DNA of 64,000 bases from Tubiluchus corallicola (taxonomy: Eukaryota; Animalia; Priapulida): positions 100,813-164,812 of the forward strand of contig JAQGDQ010000494.1 in NCBI GenBank assembly GCA_030141605.1, read 5' to 3'. The position numbers and the translations under genes are program-made. Below the pieces are notes generated by a model that searched no databases, was not told the origin of the DNA, and saw only the letters and a list, made by a program, of their open reading frames with translations. This document shows, piece after piece, positions 38,764 through 51,780 of this stretch (position 1 is its first letter; each line of letters begins with the position of its first letter).

Positions 38764-41055
38764 TTTCTGGGAGACAATTCTTAAGCCTTCTTGCAACATA
38801 ACCTATCACAACTTTGCTTTAAGTTTCATTTTGAATTTTTTTTCTAGTTTTTCTATTAGTGAAGCCTATTGATCAGGGAATTATGTGTTACTTAAAAAGT
38901 ACTTGTTATTTTTATTTGGGTCATCAGCGAAAAAAAACTTTTGTGCAGTAATTACATAAATTATGTTAAGTAGCTGCTATTTGCATGCGATGGTTACTGT
39001 TCTATCAGTTGCACGAGGCGTGAACTTGATAAACGGTTATCTGGTTCTATTAGTTGCACGAGGCGTGAACTTGATAAACGGTTGTCTTGTCCTAGTTTAT
39101 TGTCCCCTGGCGATGTTTAAATGTGGATAATTACTGTCATTGTACACAGAGAATTCAATCTAATTCTGGCGCACCAGCATAACTAGCTCAACTATAGGAG
39201 GGTGGATCTGGGTGGACCCCTGGCGAATACTAAAGACAGTGGCCTACACTTGCCTCTAGTGCAAATCTGGGAAGATTTTATCGAATTTGTCAACCATTTT
39301 CTCTCCTTGGTAAATGGAGTAGCTACCTGGTCAGTATCACTTAGCAACTAGAGTTAAACAGTGCTGAACCTGTTCAGTTATGTCAGGGTTATTTCTTCTG
39401 TCACATCATCCGTGGATGTTCTTGTCATTGAGGGAGGATGAAGTCTATGGATACTTCCCGAATGGCTAAAACACTTCTGCTGACTCAGCTTTTGTTCCAT
39501 CTTTTGTCTAGCTTAAGAGGACATTTAGGTATACTAAGGAGTGACCATGCATTTTCAGACAAACCGCCCTTCAGCTGTCTCAAATGAATGGCAGGGAGGG
39601 TGATGGGTGGGCGTTTCATCAGCATTGACGACTGACAGCCTTGAGTGTCAGTCATCCTGAATTATGACAGTTTGTAGTGTTGGCGAGGTTTAACACATTT
39701 ACACTGTGTTGCTTTACTCTTAGTGGCGTAGCTTCGTCAACCGAAGGCATCGTTTCATCTTGTAAGCTTTTTCTGATTCGCACGCATTCTGTTGCACAGA
39801 AAAAATATCAAAATGTACAATATCACCCCTGGCGATAGCTTTGTTGCTACTCGTTGCTTGCTCATTCACTCCGTCGTATAGAAAAATATTGTCTGAAATA
39901 AAGAAGAGCTGAACTGAATTGTCAAGGTTGCTGCTGTTATTTCGCCTTCACTGCTCTATTCTATCTGCCTAACCTCTGCACATTTTCCGGGCAAATAAGC
40001 TTTTGTTGGACCAGTTTTTTGTTCGGCAAACAATCGTGGCTCCTCCATATTAGATTTGCTTCAGCGGTGACATCGAGTGACTCATCGCAGAACTATGCGC
40101 TTACAGCTGCTTGCTCTCTTTGTTCTCGATTAACTGTTTGTGGTCGAGTTGTTTTTCGAGGTGGTTAATATCGTGAGTTTCCTGTGAGCACGTCAATTTT
40201 ACAACTTTTTTTGATGCAGCAGTTTCACTTCACAAACTGGGTTAGCCGCTCTTTCATAAATTTACTAAATAATTAGTTTCTTCGCCTCGTTTGATTTTAT
40301 ATTGCTGGCCGTCGTTCCCAACTGTTTGTGGTGTGACAAAACTTGAATGACGCAAAATGATGTTGTAGTTCATACGATGAAATTTTGTCGTGTGTTTATC
40401 AGAAGGAAAGGAAATTTAATGTTGTCAGTCTGGCTAGTTACAGGGGAAGAAAGGTGCTGGGGGGGGGGGGGTCTAATGTATGTCTCAGAAAACCTTCCAT
40501 GTAAAGTTCATTATAACAATATTGCTATCGTTGCGTTGCGCCAACTGGTAAAACGTCACTGTTTCACTATCCCTGTTTTTCATTTATTATTATAATTCTT
40601 TATTTTTAAAAACTATGTACAAAATACATTCCCTCAATTTGCAGGGATACTTTTTTAAGATTTCTAAAAGGATTTACAAAGTATTAAACATATTCTCATA
40701 TATATAATTTAGAATCTTACACATGAGACACAATAAGTGACAACGATCATATACAATAGACATAGTTACAGATTGTAATCCAGCACAGCATACATGTATA
40801 AATGAAAATAACGAGAGGGTATCCCAGAATGCAACAAAAAAGTCATTGGTTCACACAAAATATATTAGTCATCTTATTGTGAAGATAAAGTAATTTATAC
40901 TTTGCTTAGTTAGTGAAGAGTGTTATGCGAATACTCTGGTTTTTTTCGAACTTTACACAGTGTTATCTAAACTGATTTTTAAACAACTTACTGTTAAATG
41001 GCTTTGCATAAATTGGGAATTTAAATTTTCAAGTTCTGTGCGCAAGAAGACAGCA

Positions 41056-41330
41056 TGTAAATGATATAAAATTTCCAGATGAATTCTTTGGCTTTGCGTA
41101 AGCATTTATGATTTAAAGTAACTCTGTAAATGATATAAAATTTCAGGACGAATTCTTTGGCTTTGCGTAAGCATTTATGATTTAAAGTAACTCTGTAAAT
41201 GATATAAAATTTCAGGACGAATTATTTGGCTTTGTGTAAGCATTTATGCTTTAAAGTTACTATGTAGATGATATAAACTTTCAGGACGAATTTTTTGGCT
41301 TTGCGTAAGCATTATGATGTAAAGTTACTC
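41056..41330. repeat. ~69-bp tandem repeat, 4 copies, derived from family C sequence
   Basis: tgtaaatgatataaaatttcaggacgaattctttggctttgcgtaagcatttatgatttaaagtaactc occurs four times. Confidence 0.9.
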
Positions 41331-42407
41331 CATTCGCTAATTTCTAAAACTGGGAGTCGCCACTCTTGCACTGTCTACACTCGTGATTGTCAAAGTCATT
41401 GTTTGAGTTTGGCAAACAGACAAGATGATGACGCATCTTAAATGGTCTTCAACATTCTGGGACAGCGCAACGTGTCCCCCGGGCGTTGACGTTTTTTTTG
41501 CGCATTGTCGCAACAACGTGAATGTCATTGAGTAAGCAGTAAAATGCTCCACCGAAAGTGAATCGGGTGTAGAAAAATGGGTGACCTGCTTTTATTTTGC
41601 CTTCAGATGTTTTACATTTGCCTCCAGCGCGCATATTTCTAATGCCACCACGGCTACAGCATATGTACTAATTTTCCACGACCATAACTGTATGATGCAC
41701 TCGCGCAGGCATATGCATGGCGATGACACATTTATTACTTGTTTATACTGTTTATGGTAAATTTCACGTTTGCTTGTTCGCGTTGCAATACTTGTCTTCA
41801 ATCATCAACCACGAACTGGTTTTATGCACCAATGTGCGGGTTAACAAACCCGCGGAAATGTTGTTACTGCATAGAAAAAAGGAAAGGAAGAATTCTGACG
41901 TACAGTTGTGAATCGGGAGATCTTTGAATCTCGCTATTCCCACTCTAGTGAAGGAAAAATGACGTTTTTCTACGAGCAGCTTTCTTTACTACAATACTAA
42001 CCATGTAATGCAAGCAGAAGAGATAGCAAACCAGTTAATGTGGAAAACGTACTGTGCTTGGCAAATGCTTCAGGGATATGTGCGCAACAAAACTTCAAAA
42101 CAATGACCAAAATGAACTGGAGATTATGAATTAAAGGAAAACTACACCACAATATCTCCTCTTTTCCTCTTTCTCTTTTTCTGTCATTTTCTCTGTTATT
42201 CCTCTTCTTTCTCTTTCATTATACTATTGCAAAATGAATAATGCAATAGATGTGGTAAGAACCTTCAAAAGTGGTTCTTAAAAAAAGAAAAGCCTTGTCC
42301 TTTCTTTAAAAAAGAAAAATGGCATGCCTCCAAAAATTTATCTCTTGGAGGCCTTTGTTTACATATTCATTAAATGCATGTTTACAGGTGTCTTTTGTTT
42401 ATTGCAG

Positions 42408-44011
42408 GTGAAGTGATGACAGTCACTGGACCCATCACCATCAACAAAGACAAACGGCTGAGGACACAAGTCCAGCAATATTTGCATTGCAAAGACTGCA
42501 GAGGAGAATCGGTGTTCCTCAGCTACGACCAACGCGGACTGTTCAGCCCCATTGCTAAAGAGGAGAACATATCTGGTGTGCACACAATCAGGGACATATT
42601 GGGAAAATTTCGCCTCCCCTTGATGGTGAGGCTAGTGATTGGAGCGTTGCCTTACGGAACGGGAAGGAACAATCGCGAGTTTACACGCGAAATACGTTTA
42701 TTGAACAGTTACGAGGAAGAATGTGTGCTGGCACATCCGCTAGATGGAGACGCAACAAATAACAATAACAGAGTGGTGACGATACCCATCACGGTGTGTC
42801 TTAAACTTACACCTGCCAAAAACCAAAGTGAGTTGATGCAAAACAGTGATCTAGTTCGATATAATGAGAAGTGCACAAAACTGTTGCCTGAGATAAAGGA
42901 AAATATGCAAGTGTGCGAGGAAAGTTACGGCAAAGAGATTAAAGTGAGACCGAATTCTAGACTAGAAATTCAGGAGCGATTACACGACAGGTCCGTGTTG
43001 GACACATCGTCGCTTCCACTTGATAATGTAGAAGATGATGTTATATTTAAAGAGATAGACGACATATATGGAATGGTAGTTCGAGGCATCGTACCTTTGA
43101 AAGCATACACTCAAATGAGATCCCATGGAGATGGAAGGGATCGGGGCATCGAATCGCCATTTTCAACACCGCCCAAATCAAAAGAAAGAGAGAGAAATAA
43201 GGAAGATGAGAAGCCGCCTCTTCCGCCTCGAAACGGGATGAATCCTGCAAAGAATACTGTAAAGACTGCGACTCATCTGAACCACCTTGTGTATTGTAAC
43301 AACAACGGTAACAACAGAAGTCCTTTGAATGACAATCTTAGGGTTTTCAACTGTTCGTCCGATTCTCAGGCCAAACTGTCGGAATCGCCTTCACCTGTTG
43401 CGTACAATAGCTCAGGAGACACACCAAGCTCCAAGAGCAAGTACAGCTATTCGGACGAGAACCACAAGTCTTTTGGAACCTTCACAGACAACGACTCCTT
43501 GTACGATTGCCCGGAGATCTTACCAGACAGTCCACCAAACCATTTGGCAAAACGCATTGCCATTCACCCTCCAGATCCTCATGTGGAGCCGGTTGGCAAC
43601 TATAAGGAAATGTACAAGTTCAAAAAGGTTCCTAATCCCAGCAATCGTCTTCTGAATCTCATCCACAACAGCCCGAATCCGACACATTCCAAAGGCGTCA
43701 GAGGTAGCGCCAGCAGTCGCGATCTTCTCAGCAAACGTCATTCGACAGCCGGCATCATACCACTAGCGCACTCCCGCAGTCAACCGATGCTGGTCGACGT
43801 TCGACATCAGAGCAAATTGGGAGACAAGAAGAGGTACAGTTTGATCGACTCAAATGGAATGCGTACCAGTTCAAGTTCCGGATCAGATGGTATGAAATAT
43901 AATTCTGCGCAGGATTTGAATGATCCCTGTCTGGAACTTAAAATGGCTCGACAAGACAAGATAAAAGCAGCCGACCAGCGACTGAAGCGGCTTTCAAATT
44001 TCTTTTTATAA
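42408..44011 (+). CDS. CABIT-domain adaptor protein, coding exon 2 (terminal)
   Basis: 1604-nt open frame to TAA. YLHCKDCRGESVFLSYDQRGLF fits the CABIT Cys...GxF signature and is followed by FRLPLMVRLVIG. The tail is Ser/Pro-rich with a PPLPPR SH3-ligand motif and Tyr motifs. Confidence 0.9.
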
Positions 44012-45367
44012 CATAACTTGTGGTTTTCTTAAAATGAAATCTTTTTTATCATATTTCCTGCTTTTAATCTTGTATATTATGTAAATAATTGCTTTGTCAT
44101 TTAAATCTTTAGAGACTCGTGGTAAATGAACCTGTAATGTAACTTGCGCAACTTTTTAAAAATTTTTGTTGCATGTTTCCTGTATGCATTGCTTAATAAG
44201 CAATTAAACTCATTTGTGTTAAAAGTCGATTACTTGCGCAAACTAACCATATAATGTAACGACGATGTTCCATAAATGATTCACCTAATTGGACCTGTTC
44301 AAATCTCACTGGGGTTCGTTGTATTTCAGAGGTCATTAAGTCACCTCGCTGTGCTCATAGATATATCCCCCGTGCTCATGGATAATACTTTAAGCTGACA
44401 TGGATAATAACAAGTCTTTTGTGCCGGTTCTCCTTTGGTCGGCCGATTATCCAAAACGTTTAATTTGATTGGTGTTTGCTGATCGTTGAGGCCTGTCTCA
44501 CTGCATCGGTTGTCATTTCTCATTCATCTAAATGGCTTTTCTGCATGTTTGGCATATCTGTTAGAATATCTTCGCTCTTTCTTGTCGAACAAGTAGAAAG
44601 GCTACAGAAATTTTACTTGTCTTTAAACCAGCTTTTAACTTTAATTCCTTGATTGTTTGTTTATTTTGCAGAATATGTATAGTAACTGTCTGCAGAACTA
44701 ACAGCTATGATTTGCTAGTGCTTTATATGCTTTGTTTCATTTTTTTCGTAATCTAGACAGTTGATTTTCAATTAATTTTCATTGATTCGTAGTATCTTCT
44801 ATCGTCTTTCAATTTGTTTATTATCATTTTATTATTATTATCACTTGACGTGCAGTTGTGTAATAATGTATCTTCCGAGTTCAATTTATTCAACTTAATT
44901 GTAATTTATTTACCTAATTACAAACAGTTTAAAAAGTATTGCATGTTACGTGCTGGCCATTGCTACTGTTTCCTGCAAACTACGTATTGAATGACTCTCT
45001 GGTTGTAGCCACAGATGTTAATGGGATCCTTCTTTGAGGCACCAGCAGGTACTATTCTTGTAGATGAAAGACTGGTTCCTTTATGACCTCTGCACATATG
45101 CCATTTACCAAGCTCCTGCTGTAATGTTTTGTTTTCGACGGCCCTGCCCCTGTCATAATCATGCCCTCATCTGGTATTTCCCCTTGTCTCATAAAGTTTG
45201 TCTCATAAAAGTTGCGGCAAAGTTTATAGCGGATCGTGTTCTTGTTACCTAGTTCTCTTGTAATCTGAAGGTTGCTGCCTGGAGTCCCGTCCCATGGCTT
45301 TTATGTAATTATTACTGTTGTCACGTTTCCACGTTGCCTATTGTCAACCATGGCTGAGTTGCTTCAA

Positions 45368-45580
45368 AATGTGGTACCCTTAAGGATCAACATACGCCTT
45401 TCATTTTTCTGCATGCACATCTACGATTTGCCCCAAAATTTTCCATTTTTAATTGAACTACTGTTATCACATATTGATGTTGCCTATTATCAACCATAGC
45501 TGTGTTGCCGTAGCGTTTAGCATCCCTCAAGGATCAACTTAGGTCCTTTTTTGTGGATCTATATTAACGATTTGCTCGTA
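45368..45580 (+). pseudogene. Two tandem degenerate RT motif remnants
   Basis: Frameshifted P*GST...FFCMHIYDLP and SIPQGST/LGPFLWIYINDLL. Confidence 0.6.
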
Positions 45581-46671
45581 GTTTCTGATTTTAATTACTG
45601 TTAATTAATTTCTGATTAACGATGTTGCCACATAATTGTTCTGGAATGTTACTATAGGTAGCTTCCTTTAAATCTTGGTTTTTGTAATCAAAATTCTTGC
45701 TCGCTGTCGTTTTATTTTATTTTTTTTGTAGTTGTTTCTTTTTTTAATAAACTGTGTACTATGGCCGGGTCCACCAGGCAGTTTAATTGGGTTTCGTCTA
45801 TTTGCTTTACTAAACACCTGTAACCTACCCACATCGATTTTGTTCACTCACATAACTCACTCAGCTGGTCTGCATATCGGTGAATTCTAAATTTTGAGGC
45901 ACAGGATCAAATAACATCATTGCCTTCACACTGCTTTTGTCACATTCCAGCTTTCTTAATAAACTGTCTCAATGTGGTTGGGTTTTGACCGACTATGCAA
46001 AATGAAGAAAAATTTAAAATACATTGTATATATCATCAAAGTAATTGCTACGACAAAGGTGTACAAAACACTGCTTTGCTGTCATAATAGGAAAAGATGA
46101 TGTTATTATTATTATTAATATAATTATTATAGGTGTAAAAATTTAAATTGCCTGCATCAGGCAAATAGACTTTATTCATTTATCTTAAGCAAAAACATGG
46201 GCATATGTGATAGTGAATATATTTTGTATATGGAGGATATAACGATTATATATACACGTACGATATGATAGAATCTAGAAAGGTTTATCTTTAGGCATAT
46301 CATGTTGTCAAATTTATGTGAATAAAAAGAGAAGTGATGCGAATTATTTTTGTTTACTTATTTATTTACTTATTACAATATCTCGTGTCACAGTGTGTAC
46401 AGTAATAATGGGCTCTGAGGCGGTGAATTCCTGTTGCATCCTCAACATGAGCAAAAATAATTGCACTCCAGCAAACTATTTGTGGCTTGTTAAACCGTTT
46501 TTTTTTTAAATATAAATAATCTGCGCTACATGAAATGTACGTATTCAAAATGTTGTAATTTGACCAACATCAGTATGACGATTTAAGAAATATATTAATT
46601 ATTTTTTGAATTCTTAATTAACAAGCTTGTGTACATAAAATGTAATAAAAACATTATAATTTTAACCAAAC

Positions 46672-46750
46672 ATAACCGGTAGTTAAGCAGCGCCGAGCCT
46701 GAATAATGAGTGGATAAGCGTCCGCCAAGAAAACGGCTTCTTGACAGCTT
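46672..46750 (+). pseudogene. 5S rRNA-derived fragment (3' two-thirds; pseudogene or SINE3 piece)
   Basis: accggtagttaagcagcgccgagcctgaataatgagtggataagcgtccgcc is colinear with the 5S A box to C box region (accgaagttaagcagcgtcgggcccggttagtacttggatgggtgaccgcc, recalled consensus). Confidence 0.6.
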
Positions 46751-46800
46751 CAGCTGGCCCATACAACACAGAACTTTAGAGTATTATCGTTGCTAGAGGT

Positions 46801-47710
46801 TAGGGGTAAACATTCTCTACCAGAAAGCGAAATCGAATCGAATTTGTCACGTTCGAACTCAAATCAAACCAAATTTCCAGGTATCAAATCAGAATGAAAT
46901 TCGAATTCAGCTTTAAAGATTTTCGAATTATTTATAAAAAGCGGTCTCATCATGATCATGCATGTTACTTGATTTTGTTCCGCAGTAAAAACGCTAATAA
47001 TTTGTTTAGACATTTATAATTATCTCATATTACATCATATATATTATATCATGAAAGGTTATGATGGGTAGGACAGAAACAACACCAGTAACATTAGCAT
47101 TAAACCGAACCAAAGAAGACCTTTGGAGCACTAAAATCAAAATCAGTAGACTAAGATAGCTAGGACATTTAATGACACTGACAGAAACAACACCAGTAAG
47201 ATTAGCATTAAACCGAACCAAAAAGGACCTTTGGAGTACTATTTATCAAAATCAGAAGATTAAGATAGCTAGGACATTTAATGACACTGACAGAAGCAAC
47301 ACCAGTAAGATTAGCATTAAACGAAACCTGCTAAACGACCTTCAGGGAAACCAAAAACAACTTGGATATCAAGAATTATTAAGATTTGCAACAGCTGATA
47401 CATAAACCTCACAATAGCATCACAGGAATTGAAAATTTTAGCTGCAGACAGGAAACAGTAGGGTGTTTATAGAGGATCTATGTGTCTACAATAGATGTTT
47501 AGAACAACAGAAGAAGAAGAAGAGTTTGTTTAGAAATTGTGCAAAGAAAATATAGCTAAATAGTGCTGTTTGCATGCAGTTTCGAACCTTTTAATGAAAA
47601 AAGAACGTATGTAGTCGAAGTGCTGAATTACTCGAAATTGTAATTTCAGGTTCGAATCTAATGCGAACTAAAACGGCACGTTCGTGTCGAATTCGAATGC
47701 TCGAGCTCAA
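46801..47710 (-). mobile_element. TTCGAA-rich MITE, family A copy 4, interrupted by an RTE insertion
   Basis: Starts taggggtaaacattctctaccagaaag. Homology to the family resumes at 47525 after the insertion. Confidence 0.75.
47011..47524 (+). mobile_element. 5'-truncated RTE-clade LINE with internal ~108-bp duplication
   Basis: 10-bp TSD tttgtttaga (47001-47010 and 47525-47534), a (GAA)n tail, and a repeated peptide WSTKIKISRLR*LGHLMTLTETTPVRLAL. Confidence 0.75.
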
Positions 47711-48299
47711 CTATATTAATAATTGCTGTTCCTGTAGGTTCTGGTCCTGCTACAACTATCATATCAAGTAGTCTCTGTGGGCTTCAAGTAGCATGCTTTA
47801 TTCCATGCATAACAGTACTACTGTGGCGAACAGTATGCACAAAAAATGATTTAGTTGCGAGTATCTAAAACATGTGGGACTGCAACTGATTTTCCAGTTA
47901 TTAAAATTTCCTTTGTTTCAAAAATCCTTGATCTTGTAGTATGTAATATGCAGATAGTGGATTAAGAAAACTGCGAGACAGCTATGATTCGAACTCGCGA
48001 CTTTATTTAGAATCGCGAAATTTACTGAAGAACCAGGTAGAACATTTCAGCTTCCCAATACTACCAGCAAACTTTTGCCCCTTTCAGTGGATATTTTCCA
48101 GCGTGAGTCTAAATGACTGATTGCTCGTTTAATAAGTTGTTTTAGTACAAGTCACGTGATTGTACGCTAATTTGCATACGTGAGTCACAACTTTCGTACA
48201 TGTGTAATACAAATCTTTAGGCTGTGCTAATTAGTTTCGAGTTTCATTAGCATTTAAACTCTGCACTTATCTAGTGCACGTTAATGTGGAAGGGGAACT

Positions 48300-48650
48300 T
48301 TGATGTACTGCCCAAAAATCTTTCCATGCAAAGTTATGTTACTTAGCAATATGCTTACCAGATTGAAATACGAAAAGATACTTATTTAGAATTTAAAATA
48401 TACGTGCCAACTGATACTGTATCACCGTCCCAGTGTGCACGACTAATTTGCGAAAATACATTATTGATCTTATTTGACAATATTAAATAATTTAGACTTT
48501 TGCTTAGGTAGTGAAGAGTGTGTTACGAAGTCAGTGAATATTTTTTCAAACTTTATGCAAAGTTATCTAAACTTGTTTCAAGCGAGCTACTATAAGTGAT
48601 ATAAAGTATCAAGACGAATTTTTAAAACTTTATTTATGAAACGTGTTTTC
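48300..48650 (+). mobile_element. Dispersed repeat family C copy
   Basis: Homologous to 13260-13740. Confidence 0.6.
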
Positions 48651-49654
48651 TTGTGCTTTAAAATTCCAGAATTTTTACACATGTCAAAAGGCTAAAATTC
48701 AACAGCCTAATGGTGTATTCTGCTCAGCTGGAATAAGAATTAGTCAGAGCAGTGTGGAGTGGTCACTCACTCTGTTTATCGTCTCTGGTCCTAACTGGTT
48801 TTTGACCGGTTTTAATGCAGCGCAGGAATCAATTTCCACTTTCTAGAGTGTAACAAGGTTGAAGTCAATACACCTGATGAGATTTTGTTGTGTTGGGCGC
48901 AGCGGGTAACAAAAATCGAGCCGAAATCACGTTAAAATTTGTAAAATATTCAAATTCTTGCAAATGAACTTGCAAAACTCTTACTAACATTCGACAAACA
49001 GGTGAGATTCAGTAGGAAGTGTAATGTAACGTTGGATTGACTGTGAGATAGCAGAAAGTGCTGTAGAAGGGTTACCAAGCTTCACGGCCATAAAGAAATT
49101 GCAATAATGCACTTCAGTATACTGTCTCTCCCCCTCTCCTGTGAGCTAGTTTAAAAAGTTCATTTTTCAGCATCTTTTGCTACGGTATTCTTCTTAAAAA
49201 ACAAATTTTACTGAACGTCATTATTTTGAATTTACTAATACTTTGTATGTGTTCTACTGCCGTTTTGGCATGTTTTTTAATGTGTCACTAACGTTTCGAC
49301 TACATGTGCACTGATGCTTTGCAACAATCCCGATTGAGGCAAGAAAGTTTACACTCCTCATATGGAGGTTGTACTAACCCTTCGTCAAAGTATTATTGTT
49401 ATTGCTGTTTTGAAATATGTGTATGTAATTTGGCAATGTATATAATGTCTATGCTTATACAAATTAGCAAAGTAGAAATTTAAATTTTAAAACCTTAAAT
49501 CTCTCTTCATTTCTCTGTTTTTTCTCCCTCTCTCCCTTCTTTTCTCACTCTGTTTTTATTCATCGTTTCTACTCACACTCTCATCTGTCACTTTCATTTC
49601 TCTATCATCCTGCCTTTTTCTTTGTCTATCCTTTATTCTGCTTTTCTGTGCAGC

Positions 49655-49850
<196 letters not shown>

Positions 49851-50411
49851 ACACTGCTCTCTGAGACAAGTTCCCAAGCAACCTCATGTCTCCATGTGCA
49901 CGAAACTGTCTTGTGGATTATCACTTGCATGTGATCTTAAAGATTGTCTTGGACAGATTGAGCTGTCGATGCTAAGAATGTTATCTGCCAATAAGAGGTT
50001 ATCTGTGGAACCTGTTTGTTCTTAAGGGACTGCAAAGTTTGATGCAGCCCACATTTCTATGGAAACAATAGCAGTACAAATACCAGACAAGATGATAGCC
50101 ACAGGGTAGGTTTAGGATGATTGCCGGACAGGCAGTGGACAAACACGAGGACTGAGTTGACCTGCAGGAAGAATAGACTACTGCAAAGTCACTGGTTTTT
50201 TGTTGTCAGGTAAATTTCTGTTTGAACGTCATTAGTTTATTCACAACGACGTGTGAAGATTCTGGTTCAAGTGCTTTGTTAAACGACATGTTCATGTTCA
50301 CACTCTCTTTACACCTCCCGACCGTTGCTAAACCAGATCAGGCAATGCCACGTGGTAATGGAAGATGGGAGATGAGTGGAGAAAGGGAAAAACTTGAAGA
50401 AGAGACAACAC

Positions 50412-50414
<3 letters not shown>

Positions 50415-50466
<52 letters not shown>

Positions 50467-50528
50467 AGAGAGACAGAACGAGAGACAGAGAGAGAGAGAG
50501 AGAGAGAGAAGAGAGACAGAACGAGAGA

Positions 50529-50559
<31 letters not shown>

Positions 50560-50674
50560 GGAAGAGAGAAAGGAGGGAGAGAGAGAGGAGGGAGGGAGGG
50601 AGAGAGAGACAGAAAGAGAGAGAGAGGAGAGAGAAAGGAGGAGGGAGAGAGAGAGGAGGGAGGGAGGGAGGGAG

Positions 50675-50712
<38 letters not shown>
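50415..50712. repeat. (GA)n-rich microsatellite
   Basis: Seen directly. Confidence 0.95.
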
Positions 50713-50717
<5 letters not shown>

Positions 50718-51129
50718 ATGGAGTGAGACAGAAGAAAATGGGTTCTGCTCGGAATCAGCTGTATTTTAATTAATTTATACTTTGTCTTATTTTAAAGCTA
50801 ATTATAATTTAATCCACTTGCAAATTAGACAGCCTGTGTGGTTTGTTGAACTCATGTATATCATTGACTGGTTTAATGGAAATGAAACAAGTTTTACTGT
50901 AAACGTTGCGTAACGTTTGAAGAAATAATCACAACAATACTTCGATAACTAGCAAAAGTGTAAATTATTTTATATTGTCAATAATGTTTTTGCGTGAATC
51001 AGTTACGCACACTGGGAAGGCAACTTTTGCCAGGTGGCGCAAAGAATTTTCTTTTCCAATTACTTTTCCATGGTCTTTCAAACAGGCGAACGTAACGCTA
51101 AGACAACTTTGTATGGAAAGTTTTTTGAG

Positions 51130-51487
51130 AGTTTGAATTTGATTCGAACCTAAAATTGTAGATTCGAATAATTCAGCACTTCAGCCACATACATTCTTTA
51201 TCATTAAAACGTTAGAAACATCAAGCAATTAGCACAGTTTAGCTGCAGTTTCCTTGCAAAATTTTTAACAAACTAATAGTGGTTTTACTGCAGAACAAAA
51301 TCAAGTAATATGCACGATCTTTGCAAGAACACTTTTTACTACTAGTTCGAAAACTGTTCGAAAATCTTTAAAACTCGATTCGAATTCGATTCGGATTCGA
51401 AATACTAAAATTCGGTTCGATCGAATTCGAAAGTCACAAATTCGATGTGGTTCCAATTCACTTTCTGGTAGAGTATGCTCACCCGTA
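51130..51487 (+). mobile_element. TTCGAA-rich MITE, family A copy 5 (left end truncated)
   Basis: Interior matches copy 1 and it ends ttctggtagagtatgctcacccgta. Confidence 0.75.

Positions 51488-51780
<293 letters not shown>

Larger units (their letters stand above)
6513..42407 (+). other. 35.9-kb GT-AG intron of the CABIT gene
   Basis: Donor GTGAGT at 6513 and acceptor tcttttgtttattgcAG ending at 42407. G+GT restores Gly in frame (LVLG-G-EVMTVTG). Hidden internal exons cannot be excluded. Confidence 0.8.

Noticed and set aside
42374-42407. ATG at 42374 as the gene start, and an alternative acceptor tttacAG at 42387
   Set aside because: This is the polypyrimidine/acceptor region. The upstream AG is 20 nt out of register and would hit a stop within 10 codons.
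44341-44600. Possible retroelement peptide on the minus strand downstream of the stop codon
   Set aside because: The resemblance is too weak to support a call.
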